Of a stretch of 64,000 nucleotides of DNA, positions 1 through 13,800 are shown piece after piece (within the stretch, counting starts at the first letter, position 1; each line of letters begins with the position of its first letter). The position numbers were made by a program, and so were the translations under genes. The notes beneath the pieces are model-generated. The model was not told the origin of the DNA, ran no database searches, and saw only the letters and a program-made list of their open reading frames with translations. Location of the stretch: the NCBI GenBank assembly GCA_964016885.1, contig OZ024760.1:34596001-34660000 (forward strand), written 5' to 3'. This DNA is from Eledone cirrhosa (lineage: Eukaryota).

Positions 1-130
1 GAGGTTAATCCTTGCCTTTCATCCTTATGGTGTCTGATAAAATAAAGTACCAGTAACGCACTGGAGGCGATTTAATCAACATCAACCCCCTCCCCTTCTA
101 GTTGCTGGTCTTATACCAAAAGTAAAAACA
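1..130 (+). mobile_element. SINE 3' part (abundant cephalopod-type SINE family)
   Basis: Motif chain ttgcctttcatcc...gataaaataaagtaccagt...cactgg...gatttaatcaac...cccctcccc...tgctggtcttataccaaaagtaaaaac recurs in either orientation at ~958-1023, 43230-43740, 52170-52340 and 56690-56862. Confidence 0.7.
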
Positions 131-957
131 ATTGTTAAACCCGTCTCCTGGGGGGGGGGGGGTGCACAGAATACAATTAATTTGCGACGGTTTTGATGGC
201 AATATTCGTTCAAAACATCGAAAATCATAGGAAAAACATTACTTTCACCTTTAAAATATTAACCAAAACCTGTTTATCACTATTACATCCGTCTTGGAGA
301 CGGGTGCAATTATAAAGATTTACCCATTTATCTCCAAAGAAGTTCATTGAAGAATTAAGACAAACCGAGTCTGCAGGGTTTTCCTTTTACTCCACTAATT
401 CTTTGTTGGTATGGTTATGTTGAATGCTTACTTTGCCGCTTCGTTTTCGTGTCGGCTCTGTCTCTGGACTGCCGGGAGGAGTACACCCTGCTTGAATAGG
501 GAATTCCCCTCACCCTCGTCATGTGGAGTGGCTGGTGTAGCAGGCTCTTCTCCTCGACTGGACCTTGCATATCACGGGGCTCTGCTGAGATACACTGCCC
601 AGCCGAGGGTGTAAAATTTGCTCTACCCCCTCATTCTCATCATTATTTAGTTGTTTTTCTCTCTTCTTGTTTTATTAAGTGAAATATTTATACAAATAAA
701 ATTCTTTCTCTATGTCGAATTGTACTGAAAACAAAAGAGACAATCTATCTAATGTATTAGACCTGTTTTATAGCAATATCCTAGCTCTGCTCTGGCACGT
801 GTCGCGGTATATAATATAAAACCTGCCATTTATGAGCTATAGTTCTTTTATAATTTACTTATTCATACGACTATAAATAAAACGAAACCCCTGTAATGAC
901 TCGTCGTCGTACTTCGAAAGAAATATCTTTCGTACCTATTGTTTATTGAATATTAAT

Positions 958-1023
958 AATTGTTTCTACTTTAGGAACAAGGCCAGCAATAACCCAGTGC
1001 ATTACTGGTACTTTGTTTTATCG
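958..1023 (-). mobile_element. Internally deleted SINE fragment, same family as 1-130
   Basis: Reverse complement reads cgataaaacaaagtaccagtaatgcactgggtt-attgctggccttgttcctaaagtagaaaca, matching 35-130. Confidence 0.6.
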
Positions 1024-1131
1024 TGGTAGTATGTATGATTCTAGCTTCGTACGTGATCGTGTTTCCAGAAAGAAGCTGTAGCTAGCTGCACGTTCGCCAC
1101 GCTGTGTCTGTTGTTGTTATTTGATACAAAG

Positions 1132-1222
1132 TCTACCCACGTTTACAAAACATCCGGCTGCGTCAACAGTACAGTGGCCATCTGGAACTAACATTCCTTC
1201 ATACTGGACAGACAGACAAACG
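1132..1222 (+). CDS. Candidate internal exon of unidentified gene (xYPRLQNIRLRQQYSGHLELTFLHTGQTDKR), phase 1 to 2
   Basis: T-rich tract then AAG acceptor (1129-1131) and consensus donor CG|GTATGT at 1223. The open frame ends in CG|, completed to Arg by the G at 42927. The acceptor is weak and a second frame is also open. Confidence 0.4.
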
Positions 1223-1494
1223 GTATGTGTTTATTATCTGTGTCCATGCAAGCCAGTTGGACATTCCTTAATACTGGACAGACAGACAGACTGATTGACT
1301 AACAGTGTACATAAGTGAGGGGGTCTCGGAGAGGAATTGCGCTCCTGTTCAACTTGGAATCGATGTTAAATGTGAATCAGCTGTTCATATAACCCTATAT
1401 TTCATTGAGCATACACCTTCCCACAACACCGTTGTCACCCTGGCAAAGTTGGACATGTGAAACGCCTTTAATAAGATTAGGTGCGACCATATTC

Positions 1495-1796
1495 TAGGGT
1501 CTCAAACATGCGAGCCACAAAACCACTTTAATATAATATTTTCCTAAAAACTTGGTAATTTATTTCCCTCGCCTTCTTCCATACTTTGGCAACGACAACA
1601 ACAGTTTTGAGTTTGACCTGGCGACCTAATGCAAATATTGAAATAAACAACAGTCTATCAGCTGTATTGTAGGTTAACATAACTGGTGGAAACACGTCCC
1701 CATCCCCTAGCCCTCTCACGCACACCCCCGCCTCATCTCACTTTTGACCCACTGTGACTGTGTCTGCTCTTGAGTCCTTGAGTTTGAGACCCCCTG
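1495..1796. mobile_element. hAT/Charlie-like MITE (degenerate)
   Basis: Terminal inverted repeats tagggtctcaaac ... gtttgagaccccctg resemble the CAGGGGTCTCAAAC-type hAT TIR; no clear 8-bp TSD. Confidence 0.45.
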
Positions 1797-1800
1797 GTGT

Positions 1801-4800
1801 ACATTCAGGCTTGTCACTAGGCTTTAGTGGGGTACCTCTCAACATTCCAGGTAGCCTGTCATTAAGATTTGGTGCTCAGGGGTGGGGTACCTCTCAACAT
1901 TCCAGGTAGCCTGTCATTAAGATTTGGTGCTCAGGGGTGGGGTACCTCTCAACATTCCAGGTAGCCTGTCACTAAGATTTGGTGCTCAGGGGTGGAGTAC
2001 CTCTCAACATTCCAGGTAGCTTGTCATTTTTTGTGCTCAGGGGTGGGGTACCTCTCAACATTCCAGGTAGCTTGTCATTAAGATTTGGTGCTCAGGGGTG
2101 GGGTACCTCTCAACATTCCAGGTAGCTTGTCACTAAGATTTGGTGCTCAGGGGTGGAGTACCTCTCAACATTCCAGGTAGCTTGTCATTTTTTGTGCTCA
2201 GGGGTGGGGTACCTCTCAACATTCCAGGTAGCTTGTCATTAAGATTTGGTGCTCAAGGGTGGGGTACCTCTCGACATTCCAGGTAGCTTGGCACTACGAT
2301 TTGGTGCTCAGGGGTGGGGTACCTCTCAACATTCCAGGTAGCTTGTCATTAAGATTTGGTGCTCAGGGGTGGGGTACCTCTCGACATTCCAGGTAGCCTG
2401 TCACTAAGATTTGGTGCTCAGGGGTGGGGTACCTCTCAAGATTCCAGGTAGCCTGTCACTAAGATTTGGTGCTCAGGGGTGGGGTACCTCTCGACATTCC
2501 AGGTAGCCTGCCTCTAAGATTTGGTGGTCAGGTGTGGGGTACCTCTCGACATTCCAGGTAGCTTGTCATTTTTTGTGCTCAGGGGTGGGGTACCTCTCAA
2601 CATTCCAGGTAGCTTGTCATTAAGATTTGGTGCTCAGGGGTGGGGTACCTCTTGACATTCCAGGTAGCCTGTCACTAAGATTTGGTGCTCAGGGGTGGGG
2701 TACCTCTCTACATTCCAGGTAGCTTGTCGTTTTTTGTGCTCAGGGGTGGGGTACCTCTCAACATTCCAGGTAGCTTGTCATTAAGATTTGGTGCTCAGGG
2801 GTGGGGTACCTCTCGACATTCCAGGTAGCCTGTCACTAAAATTTGGTGCTCAGGGGTGGGGTACCTCTCAACATTCCAGGTAGCCTGTCACTAAGATTTG
2901 GTGCTCAGGGGTGGGGTACCTCTCGACATTCCAGGTAGCCTGTCACTAAGATTTGGTGCTCAGGGGTGGGGTACCTCTCAACATTCCAGGTAGCCTGTCA
3001 CTAAGATTTGGTGCTCAGGGGTGGGGTACCTCTCAACATTCCAGGTAGCCTGTCACTAAGATTTGGTGCTCAGGGGTGGGGTACCTCTCAACATTCCAGG
3101 TAGCTTGTCATTTTTTGTGCTCAGGGGTGGGGTACCTCTCGACATTCCCGGTAGCCTGTCACTAAGATTTGGTGCTCAGGAGTGGGGTACCTCTCAACAT
3201 TCCAGGTAGCCTGTCATAAAGATTTGGTGCTCAGGGGTGGGGTACCTCTCGACATTCCAGGTAGCCTGTCACTAAGATTTGGTGCTCAGGGGTGGGGTAC
3301 CTCTCAACATTCCAGGTAGCCTGTCACTAAGATTTGGTGCTCAGGGGTGGGGTACCTCTCAACATTCCAGGTAGCCTGCCTCTAAGATTTGGTGCTCAGG
3401 GGTGGGGTACCTCTCGACATTCCAGGTAGCTTGTCATTAAGATTTGGTGCTCAGGGGTGGAGTACCTCTCGACATTCCAGGTAGCCTGTCACTAAGATTT
3501 GGTGCTCAGGGGTGGGGTACCTCTCAACATTCCAGGTAGCTTGTCATTTTTTGTGCTCAGGGGTGGGGTACCTCTCGACATTCCCGGTAGCCTGTCAGTA
3601 AGATTTGGTGCTCAGGAGTGGGGTACCTCTCAACATTCCAGGTAGCCTGTCAATAAGATTTGGTGCTCAGGAGTGGGGTACCTGTCGACATTCCAGGTAG
3701 CCTGTCACTAAGATTGGGTGCTCAGGGGTGGGGTACCTCTCAACATTCCAGGTAGCCTGTCATAAAGATTTGGTGCTCAGGGGTGGGGTACCTCTCAACA
3801 TTCCATGTAGCCTGTCATTAAGATTTGGTGCTCAGGGGTGGGGTACCTCTCAACATTCCAGGTAGCCTGTCATTAAGATTTGGTGCTCAGGGGTGGGGTA
3901 CCTCTTAACATTCCATGTAGCCTGTCATTAAGATTTGGTGCTCAGGGGTTGGCTACCTCTCAACATTCCAGGTAGCTTGTCATTAAGTTTTGGTGCTCAG
4001 GAGCGGGGTACCTCTCAACAGTCCAGGTAGCTTGTCATTAAGATTTGGTGCTCAGGGGTGGGGTACCTCTCGACATTCCAGGTAGCCTGTCATTAAGATT
4101 TGGTGCTCAGGGGTGGGGTACCTCTCAACATTCCAGGTAGCTTCTCATTAAGATTTGATGCTCAGGGGTGGGGTACCTCTCAACATTCCAGGTAGCCTGT
4201 CACTAAGATTTGGTGCTCAGGGGTGGGGTACCTCTCGACATTCCAGGTAGCCTGTCATTAAGATTTGGTGCTCAGGGGTGGGGTACCTCTCAACATTCCA
4301 GGTAGCCTGTCACTAAGATTTGTTGCTCATGGGTGGGGTACCTCTCAACATTCCAGGTAGCTTGTCATTAAGATTTGGTGCTCAGGGGTGGGGTACCTCT
4401 CGACATTCCAGGTAGCCTGTCACTAAGATTTGGTGCTCAGGGGTGGGGTACCTCTCAACATTCCAGGTAGCCTGTCATAAAGATTTGGTGCTCAGGGGTG
4501 GGGTACCTCTCGACATTCCAGGTAGCCTGTCACTAAGATTTGGTGCTCAGGGGTGGGGTACCTCAACATTCCAGGTAGCCTGTCATAAAGATTTGGTGCT
4601 CAGGGGTGGGGTACCTCTCAACATTCCAGGTAGCTTGTCATTTTTTGTGCTCAGGGGTGGGGTACCTGTCGACATTCCCGGTAGCCTGTCACTAAGATTT
4701 GGTGCTCAGGAGTGGGGTACCTCTCGACATTCCAGGTAGCCTGTCAGTAAGATTTGGTGCTCAGGGGTGGGGTACCTCTCAAAATTCCAGGTAGCCTGTC

Positions 4801-7800
4801 ATAAAGATTTGGTGCTCAGGGGTGGGGTACCTCTCAACATTCCAGGTAGCTTGTCGTTTTTTGTGCTCAGGGGTGGGGTACCTCTCAACATTCCAGGTAG
4901 CTTGTCATTAAGTTTTGGTGCTCAGGAGTGGGGTACCTCTCGACATTCCAGGTAGCCTGTCACTAAGATCGGGTGCTCAGGGGTGGGGTGCCTCTCAACA
5001 TTCCAGGTACCCTGTCTCTAAGATTTGGTGCTCAGGGGTGGGGTACCTCTCAACATTCCAGGTAGCCTGTCACTAAGATTTGGTGCTCAGGGGTGGGGTA
5101 CCTCTCAACATTCCAGGTAGCCTGTCATTAAGATTTGATGCTCAGGGGTGGGGTACCTCTCGACATTCCAGGTAGCCTGTCACTAAGATTTGGTGCTCAG
5201 GTGTGGGGTACCTCTCAACATTCCAGGTAGCTTGTCATTAAGATTTGGTGCTCAGGGGTGGGTTACCTCTCAACATTCCAGGTAGCTTGTCATTAAGATT
5301 TGGTGCTCAGGGGTGGGGTACCTCTCGACATTCCAGGTAGCCTGCCTCTAAGATTTGGTGCTCAGGGGTGGGGTACCTCTCGACATTCCAGGTAGCTTGT
5401 CATTAAGATTTGGTGCTCAGGGGTGGAGTACCTCTCGACATTCCAGGTAGCCTGTCACTAAGATTTGGTGCTCAGGGGTATGGTACCTCTCAACATTCCA
5501 GGTAGCTTGTCATTTTTTGTGCTCAGGGGTGGGGTACCTCTCGACATTCCCGGTAGCCTGTCAGTAAGATTTGGTGCTCAGGAGTGGGGTACCTCTCAAC
5601 ATTCCAGGTAGCCTGTCAATAAGATTTGGTGCTCGGGAGAGGGGTACCTGTCGACATTCCAGGTAGCCTGTCACTAAGATTGGGTGCTCAGGGGTGGGGT
5701 ACCTCTCAACATTCCAGGTAGCCTGTCATAAAGATTTGGTGCTCAGGGGTGGGGTACCTCTCAACATTCCATGTAGCCTGTCATTAAGATTTGGTGCTCA
5801 GGGGTGGGGTACCTCTCAACATTCCAGGTAGCCTGTCATTAAGATTTGGTGCTCAGGGGTGGGGTACCTCTCAACATTCCATGTAGCCTGTCATTAAGAT
5901 TTGGTGCTCAGGGGTTGGCTACCTCTCAACATTCCAGGTAGCTTGTCATTAAGTTTTGGTGCTCAGGAGCGGGGTACCTCTCAACAGTCCAGGTAGCTTG
6001 TCATTAAGATTTGGTGCTCAGGGGTGGGGTACCTCTCGACATTCCAGGTAGCCTGTCACTAAGATTTGTTGCTCAGGGGTGGGGTACCTCTCAACATTCC
6101 AGGTAGCCTGTCATTAAGATTTGGTGCTCAGGGGTGGGGTACCTCTCGACATTCCAGGTAGCCTGTCATTAAGATTTGGTGCTCAGGGGTGGGGTACCTC
6201 TCAACATTCCAGGTAGCTTCTCATTAAGATTTGATGCTCAGGGGTGGGGTACCTCTCAACATTCCAGGTAGCCTGTCACTAAGATTTGGTGCTCAGGGGT
6301 GGGGTACCTCTCGACATTCCAGGTAGCCTGTCATTAAGATTTGGTGCTCAGGGGTGGGGTACCTCTCAACATTCCAGGTAGCCTGTCACTAAGATTTGTT
6401 GCTCAGGGGTGGGGTACCTCTCAACATTCCAGGTAGCTTGTCATTAAGATTTGGTGCTCAGGGGTGGGGTACCTCTCGACATTCCAGGTAGCTTGTCATT
6501 AAGATTTGGTGCTCAGGGGTGGGGTACCTCTCGACATTCCAGGTAGCCTGTCACTAAGATTTGGTGCTCAGGGGTGGGGTACCTCTCAACATTCCAGGTA
6601 GCCTGTCATAAAGATTTGGTGCTCAGGGGTGGGGTACCTCTCGACATTCCAGGTAGCCTGTCACTAAGATTTGGTGCTCAGGGGTGGGGTACCTCAACAT
6701 TCCAGGTAGCCTGTCATAAAGATTTGGTGCTCAGGGGTGGGGTACCTCTCAACATTCCAGGTAGCTTGTCATTTTTTGTGCTCAGGGGTGGGGTACCTGT
6801 CGACATTCCCGGTAGCCTGTCACTAAGATTTGGTGCTCAGGAGTGGGGTACCTCTCGACATTCCAGGTAGCCTGTCAGTAAGATTTGGTTCTCAGGGGTG
6901 GGGTACCTCTCAAAATTCCAGGTAGCCTGTCATAAAGATTTGGTGCTCAGGGGTGGGGTACCTCTCAACATTCCAGGTAGCTTGTCGTTTTTTGTGCTCA
7001 GGGGTGGGGTACCTCTCAACATTCCAGGTAGCTTGTCATTAAGTTTTGGTGCTCAGGAGTGGGGTACCTCTCGACATTCCAGGTAGCCTGTCATAAAGAT
7101 TTAGTGCTCAGGGGTGGGGTACCTCTCAACATTCCAGGTAGCCTGTCACTAAGATTTGGTGCTCAGGTGTGGGGTACCCCTCAACATTCCAGGTAGCCTG
7201 TCACTAAGATTTGGTGCTCAGGGGTGGGGTGCCTCTCAACATTCCAGGTACCCTGTCTCTAAGATTTGGTGCTCAGGGGTGGGGTACCTCTCAACATTCC
7301 AGGTAGCCTGTCACTAAGATTTGGTGCTCAGGGGTGGGGTGCCTCTCAACATTCCAGGTAGCTTGTCATTTTTTGTGCTCAGTGTTGGGGTACCTTTCAA
7401 CATTCCAGGTAGCTTGTCATTAAGATTTGGTGCTCAGGGGTGGGGTACCTCTCAACATTCCATGTAGCCTGTCATTAAGATTTGGTGCTCAGGAGTGGGG
7501 TACCTCTCAACATTCCAGGTAGCTTGTCATTAAGTTTTGGTGCTCAGGGGTGGGGTACCTCTCAACATTCCAGGTAGCTTGTCATTAAGATTTGATGCTC
7601 AGGGGTGGGGTACCTCTCAACATTCCAGGTAGCTTGTCATTAAGATTTGGTGCTCAGGGGTGGGGTACCTCTCGACATTCCAGGTAGCCTGTCATTAAGA
7701 TTTGGTGCTCAGGGGTGGGGTACCTCTCAACATTCCAGGTAGCCTGTCACTAAGATTTGGTGCTCAGGGGTGGGGTACCTCTCAACATTCCAGGTAGCCT

Positions 7801-10800
7801 GTCATTAAGATTTGATGCTCAGGGGTGGGGTACCTCTCGACATTCCAGGTAGCCTGTCACTAAGATTTGGTGCTCAGGTGTGGGGTACCTCTCAACATTC
7901 CAGGTAGCTTGTCATTAAGATTTGGTGCTCAGGGGTGGGTTACCTCTCAACATTCCAGGTAGCTTGTCATTAAGATTTGGTGCTCAGGGGTGGGGTACCT
8001 CTCAACATTCCAGGTAGCCTGTCACTAAGATTTGGTGCTCAGGGGTGGGGGTACCTCTCGACATTCCAGGTACCCTGTCTCTAAGATTTGGTGCTCAGGG
8101 GTGGGGTACCTCTCGACATTCCAGGTAGCTTGTCGTTTTTTGTGCTCAGGGGTGGGTACCTCTCAACATTCCAGGTAGCTTGTCATTAAGATTTGGTGCT
8201 CAGGGGTGGGGTACCTCTTGACATTCCAGGTAGCCTGTCACTAAGATTTGGTGCTCAGGGGTTGGGTACCTCTCGACATTCCAGGTAGCTTGTCGTTTTT
8301 TGTGCTCAGGGGTGGGTACCTCTCAACATTCCAGGTAGCTTGTCATTAAGATTTGGTGCTCAAGGGTGGGGTACCTCTCAAGATTCCAGGTAGCTTGTCT
8401 TTTTTTGTGCTCAGGGGTGGGGTATCTCTCAACATTCCAGGTAGCTTGTCATTAAGATTTGGTGCTCAGGGGTGGGGTACCTCTCGACATTCCAGGTAGC
8501 CTGTCACTAAGATTTGGTGCTCGGGAGTGGGGTACCTCTCGACATTCCAGGTAGCCTGTCACTAAGATTTGGTGCTCAGGGGTGGGGTACCTCTCAACAT
8601 TCCAGGTAGCCTGTATATAAGATTTGGTGCTCAGGGGTGGGATACCTCTCAACATTCCAGGTAGCCTGTCACTAACATTTGGTGCTCAGAGGTGGGGTAC
8701 CTCTCAACATTCCAGGTAGCCTGTCACTAAGATTTGGTGCTCAGGGGTAGGGTATCTCTCAACATTCCAGGTAGCCTGTCATTAAGATTTGATGCTCAGG
8801 GGTGGGGTACCTTTCAACATTCCAGGTAGCCTGTCACTAAGACTTGATGCTCAGGGGTGGGGTACCGCTCAACATTCCAGGTAGCCTGTCACTAAGATTT
8901 GGTGCTCAGGGGTGGGGTACCTCTCGACATCCAGGTAGCCTGCCTCTAACATTTGGTGCTCAGGGGTGGGGTACCTCTCGACATTCCCGGTAGCCTGTCA
9001 CTAAGATTTGGTGCTCAGGGGTGGGGTACCTCTCAACATTCCAGGTAGCTTGTCATTAAGATTTGGTGCTCAGGGGTGGGGTACCTCTCGACATTCCAGG
9101 TAGCCTGTCACCAAGATTTGGTGCTCAGGGGTGGGGTACCTCTCAACATTCCAGGTAGCTTGTCATTTTTTGTGCTCAGGGGTGGGGTACCTCTCAACAT
9201 TCCAGGTAGCCTGTCACTAAGATTTGGTGCTCAGGGGTGGGGGTACCTCTCGACACTCCAGATAGCCTGTCACTAAGATTTGGTGCTCAGAGGTGGGGTA
9301 CCTCTCGACATTCCAGGTAGCCTGCCTCTAAGATTTGGTGCTCAGGGGTGGGGTACCTCTCGACATTCCAGGTAGCTGGTCATTTTTTTCTGCTCCGGGG
9401 TGGGGTACCTCTCGACATTTCAGGTAGCTTGTCATTAAGATTTGGTGCTCAGGGGTGGGGTACCTCTCGACATTCCAGGTAGCCTGTCACTAAGATTCGG
9501 TGCTCAGGGGTGGGGTACCTCTCAACATTCCAGGTAGCTTGTCATTTTTTGTGCTCAGGGGTGGGGTACCTCTCGACATTCCCGGTAGCCTGTCACTAAG
9601 ATTTGGTGCTCAGAAGTGGGGTACCTCTCGACATTCCAGGTAGCCTGTCACTAAGATTTGGTGCTCAGGGGTGGGGTACCTCTCAACATTCCAGGTAGCT
9701 TGTCGTTTTTTGTGCTCAGGGGTGGGGTACCTCTCAACATTCCAGGTAGCTTGTCATTAAGATTTGGTGCTCAGGGGTGGGGTACCTCTCGACATTCCAG
9801 GTAGCCTGTCAAAGATTTGGTGCTCAGGGGTGGGGTACCTCTCAACATTCCAGGTAGCCTGTCAAAGATTTGGTGTTTAGGTGTGGGGTACCTCTCAACA
9901 TTCCAGGTAGCCTGTCACTAAGATTTGGTGCTCAGGTGTGGGGTACCTCTCAACATTCCAGGTAGCCTGTCACTAAGATTTGGTGCTCAGGGGTGGGGTG
10001 CCTCTCAACATTCCAGGTAGCCTGTCATAAAGATTTGGTGCTCAGGGGTGGGGTACCTCTCAACATTCCAGGTAGCTTGTCATTTTTTGTGCTCAGGGGT
10101 GGGGTACCTCTCAACATTCCAGGTAGCTTGTCATTAAGATTTGGTGCTCAGGGTTAGGGTACCTCTCAATATTCCAGGTAGCTTATCGTTTTTTGTGCTC
10201 AGGGGTGGGGTACCTCTCAACATTCCAGGTAGCCTGTCACTAAGATTGGGTGCTCAGGGGTGCGGTACCTCTCAACATTCCAGGTAGCCTGTCACTAAGA
10301 TTTGGTGCTCAGGTGTGGGGTACCTCTCAACATTCCAGGTAGCCTGTCACTAAGATTTGGTGCTCAGGGGTGGGGTTCCTCTCAACATTCCAGGTAGCTT
10401 GTCATTTTTTGTGCTCAGTGTTGGGGTACCTCTCAACATTCCAGGTAGCTTGTCATTAAGATTTGGTGCTCAGGGTTGGGGTACCTCTCAACATTCCATG
10501 TAGCCTGTCATTAAGATTTGGTGCTCAGGAGTGGGGTACCTCTCAACATTCCAGGTAGCTTGTCATTAAGTTTTGGTGCTCAGGGGTGGGGTACCTCTCA
10601 ACATTCCAGGTAGCTTGTCATTAAGATTTGATGCTCAGGGGTGGGGTACCTCTCAACATTCCAGGTAGCTTATCATTAAGATTTGATGCTCAGGGGTGGG
10701 GTACCTCTCAACATTCCAGGTAGCTTGTCATTAAGATTTGGTGCTCAGGGGTGGGGTACCTCTCAACATTCCAGGTAGCCTGTCACTAAGATTTGGTGCT

Positions 10801-13800
10801 CAGGGGTGGGGTACCTCTCAACATTCCAGGTAGCCTGTCATTAAGATTTGATGCTCAGGGGTGGGGTACCTCTCGACATTCCAGGTAGCCTGTCACTAAG
10901 ATTTGGTGCTCAGGGGTGGGGTACCTCTCAACATTCCAGGTAGCTTGTCATTAAGATTTGGTGCTCAGGGGTGGGTTACCTCTCAACATTCCAGGTAGCT
11001 TGTCATTAAGATTTGGTGCTCAGGGGTGGGGTACCTCTCAACATTCCAGGTAGCCTGTCACTAAGATTTCGTGCTCAGGGGTGGGGGTACCTCTCGACAT
11101 TCCAGGTACCCTGTCTCTAAGATTTGGTGCTCAGGGGTGGGGTACCTCTCAACATTCCAGGTAGCCTGTCACTAAGATTTGGTGCTCAAGGGTGGGGTAC
11201 CTCTCGACATTCCAGGTAGCCTGCCTCTAAGATTTGGTGCTCAGGGGTGGGGTACCTCTCGACATTCCAGGTAGCTTGTCATTTTTTGTGCTCAGGGGTG
11301 GGGTACCTCTCAACATTCCAGGTAGCTTGTCATTAAGATTTGGTGTTCAGGGGTGGGGTACCTCTCAACATTCCAGGTAGCCTGTCACTAAGATTTGGTG
11401 CTCAGGGGTGGGGGTACCTCTCGACATTCCAGGTACCCTGTCTTTAAGATTTGGTGCTCAGGGGTGGGGTACCTCTCAACATTCCAGGTAGCCTGTCACT
11501 AAGATTTGGTGCTCAAGGGTGGGGTACCTCTCGACATTCCAGGTAGCCTGCCTCTAAGATTTGGTGCTCAGGGGTGGGGTACCTCTCGACATTCCAGGTA
11601 GCTTGTCATTTTTTGTGCTCAGGGGTGGGGTACCTCTCAACATTCCAGGTAGCTTGTCATTAAGATTTGGTGCTCAGGGGTGGGGTACCTCTTGACATTC
11701 CAGGTAGCCTGTCACTAAGATTTGGTGCTCAGGGGTGGGGTACCTCTCAACATTCCAGGTAGCTTGTCGTTTTTTGTGCTCAGGGGTGGGGTACCTCTCA
11801 ACATTCCAGGTAGCTTGTCATTAAGATTTGGTGCTCAGGGGTGGGGTACCTCTCAAGATTCCAGGTAGCTTGTCATTTTTTGTGCTCAGGGGTGGGGTAT
11901 CTCTCAACATTCCAGGTAGCTTGTCATTAAGATTTGGTGCTCAGGGGTGGGGTACCTCTCGACATTCCAGGTAGCCTGTCACTAAGATTTGGTGCTCGGG
12001 AGTGGGGTACCTCTCGACATTCCAGGTAGCCTGTCACTAAGATTTGGTGCTCAGGGGTGGGGTACCTCTCAACATTCCAGGTAGCCTGTATATAAGATTT
12101 GGTGCTCAGGGGTGGGGTACCTCTCAACATTCCAGGTAGCCTGTCACTAAGATTTGGTGCTCAGGGGTGGGGTACCTCTCAACAGTCCAGGTAGCCTGTC
12201 ACTAAGATTTGGTGCTCAGGGGTGGGGTACCTCTCAACATTCCAGGTAGCCTGTCATTAAGATTTGATACTCAGGGGTGGGGTACCTCTCAACATTCCAG
12301 GTAGCCTGTCACTAAGCCTTGATGCTCAGGGGTGGGGTACCGCTCAACATTCCAGGTAGCCTGTCACTAAGATTTGGTGCTCAGGGGTGGGGTACCTCTC
12401 GACATTCCAGGTAGCCTGCCTCTAAGATTTGGTGCTCAGGGGTGGGGTACCTCTCGACATTCCAGGTAGCTTGTCATTTTTTGTGCTCAGGGGTGGGGTA
12501 CCTCTCAACATTCCAGGTAGCTTGTCATTAAGATTTGGTGCTCAGGGGTGGGGTACCTCTCGACATTCCAGGTAGCCTGCCTCTAAGATTTGGTGCTCAG
12601 GGGTGGGGTACCTCTCGACATTCCAGGTAGCTTGTCATTTTTTGTGCTCAGGGGTGTGGTACCTCTCAACATTCCAGGTAGCTTGTCATTAAGATTTGGT
12701 GCTCAGGGGTGGGGGTACCTCTCGACATTCCAGGTAGCTTGTCTCTAAGATTTGGTGCTCAGGGGTGGGGTACCGCTCAACATTCCAGGTAGCCTGTCAC
12801 TAAGATTTGGTGCTCAGGGGTGGGGTACCTCTCGACATTCCAGGTAGCCTGCCTCTAAGATTTGGTGCTCAGGGGTGGGGTACCTCTCAACATTCCAGGT
12901 AGCCTGTCACTAAGATTTGGTGCTCAGGGGTGGGGTACCTCTCAACATTCCAGGTAGCCTGCCTCTAAGATTTGGTGCTCAGGGGTGGGGTACCTCTCGA
13001 CATTCCAGGTAGCTTGTCATTAAGATTTGGTGCTCAGGGGCGGAGTACCTCTCGACATTCGAGGTAGCCTGTCACTAAGATTTGGTGCTCAGGGGTGGGG
13101 TACCTCTCAACATTCCAGGTAGCTTGTCATTTTTTGTGCTCAGGGGTGGGGTACCTCTCGACATTCCCGGTAGCCTGTCAGTAAGATTTGGTGCTCAGGA
13201 GTGGGGTACCTCTCAACATTCCAGGTAGCCTGTCAATAAGATTTGGTGCTCAGGAGTGGGGTACCTGTCGACATTCCAGGTAGCCTGTCACTAAGATTGG
13301 GTGCTCAGGGGTGGGGTACCTCTCAACATTCCAGGTAGCCTGTCATAAAGATTTGGTGCTCAGGGGTGGGGTACCTCTCAACATTCCATGTAGCCTGTCA
13401 TTAAGATTTGGTGCTCAGGGGTGGGGTACCTCTCAACATTCCAGGTAGCCTGTCATTAAGATTTGGTGCTCAGGGGTGGGGTACCTCTCAACATTCCATG
13501 TAGCCTGTCATTAAGATTTGGTGCTCAGGGGTTGGCTACCTCTCAACATTCCAGGTAGCTTGTCATTAAGTTTTGGTGCTCAGGAGCGGGGTACCTCTCA
13601 ACATTCCAGGTAGCTTGTCATTAAGATTTGATGCTCAGGGGTGGGGTACCTCTCGACATTCCAGGTAGCCTGTCACTAAGATTTGGTGCTCAGGGGTGGG
13701 GTACCTCTCAACATTCCAGGTAGCCTGTCATTAAGATTTGGTGCTCAGGGGTGGGGTACCTCTCGACATTCCAGGTAGCCTGTCATTAAGATTTGGTGCT

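Noticed and set aside
139-305. 10-bp inverted repeat acccgtctcc / ggagacgggt as a MITE
   Set aside because: Too short, with no TSD or second copy.
318-407. Possible + strand exon (…KFIEELRQTESAGFSFYSTNSLL|GTATGG)
   Set aside because: Its phase-0 end does not join the open frame of 1132-1222 and the acceptor is poor.
1191-1290. 28-bp local duplication (acattccttMatactggacagacagaca)
   Set aside because: Simple slippage-type duplication with (GACA)n; no further structure, though it slightly weakens the exon call there.
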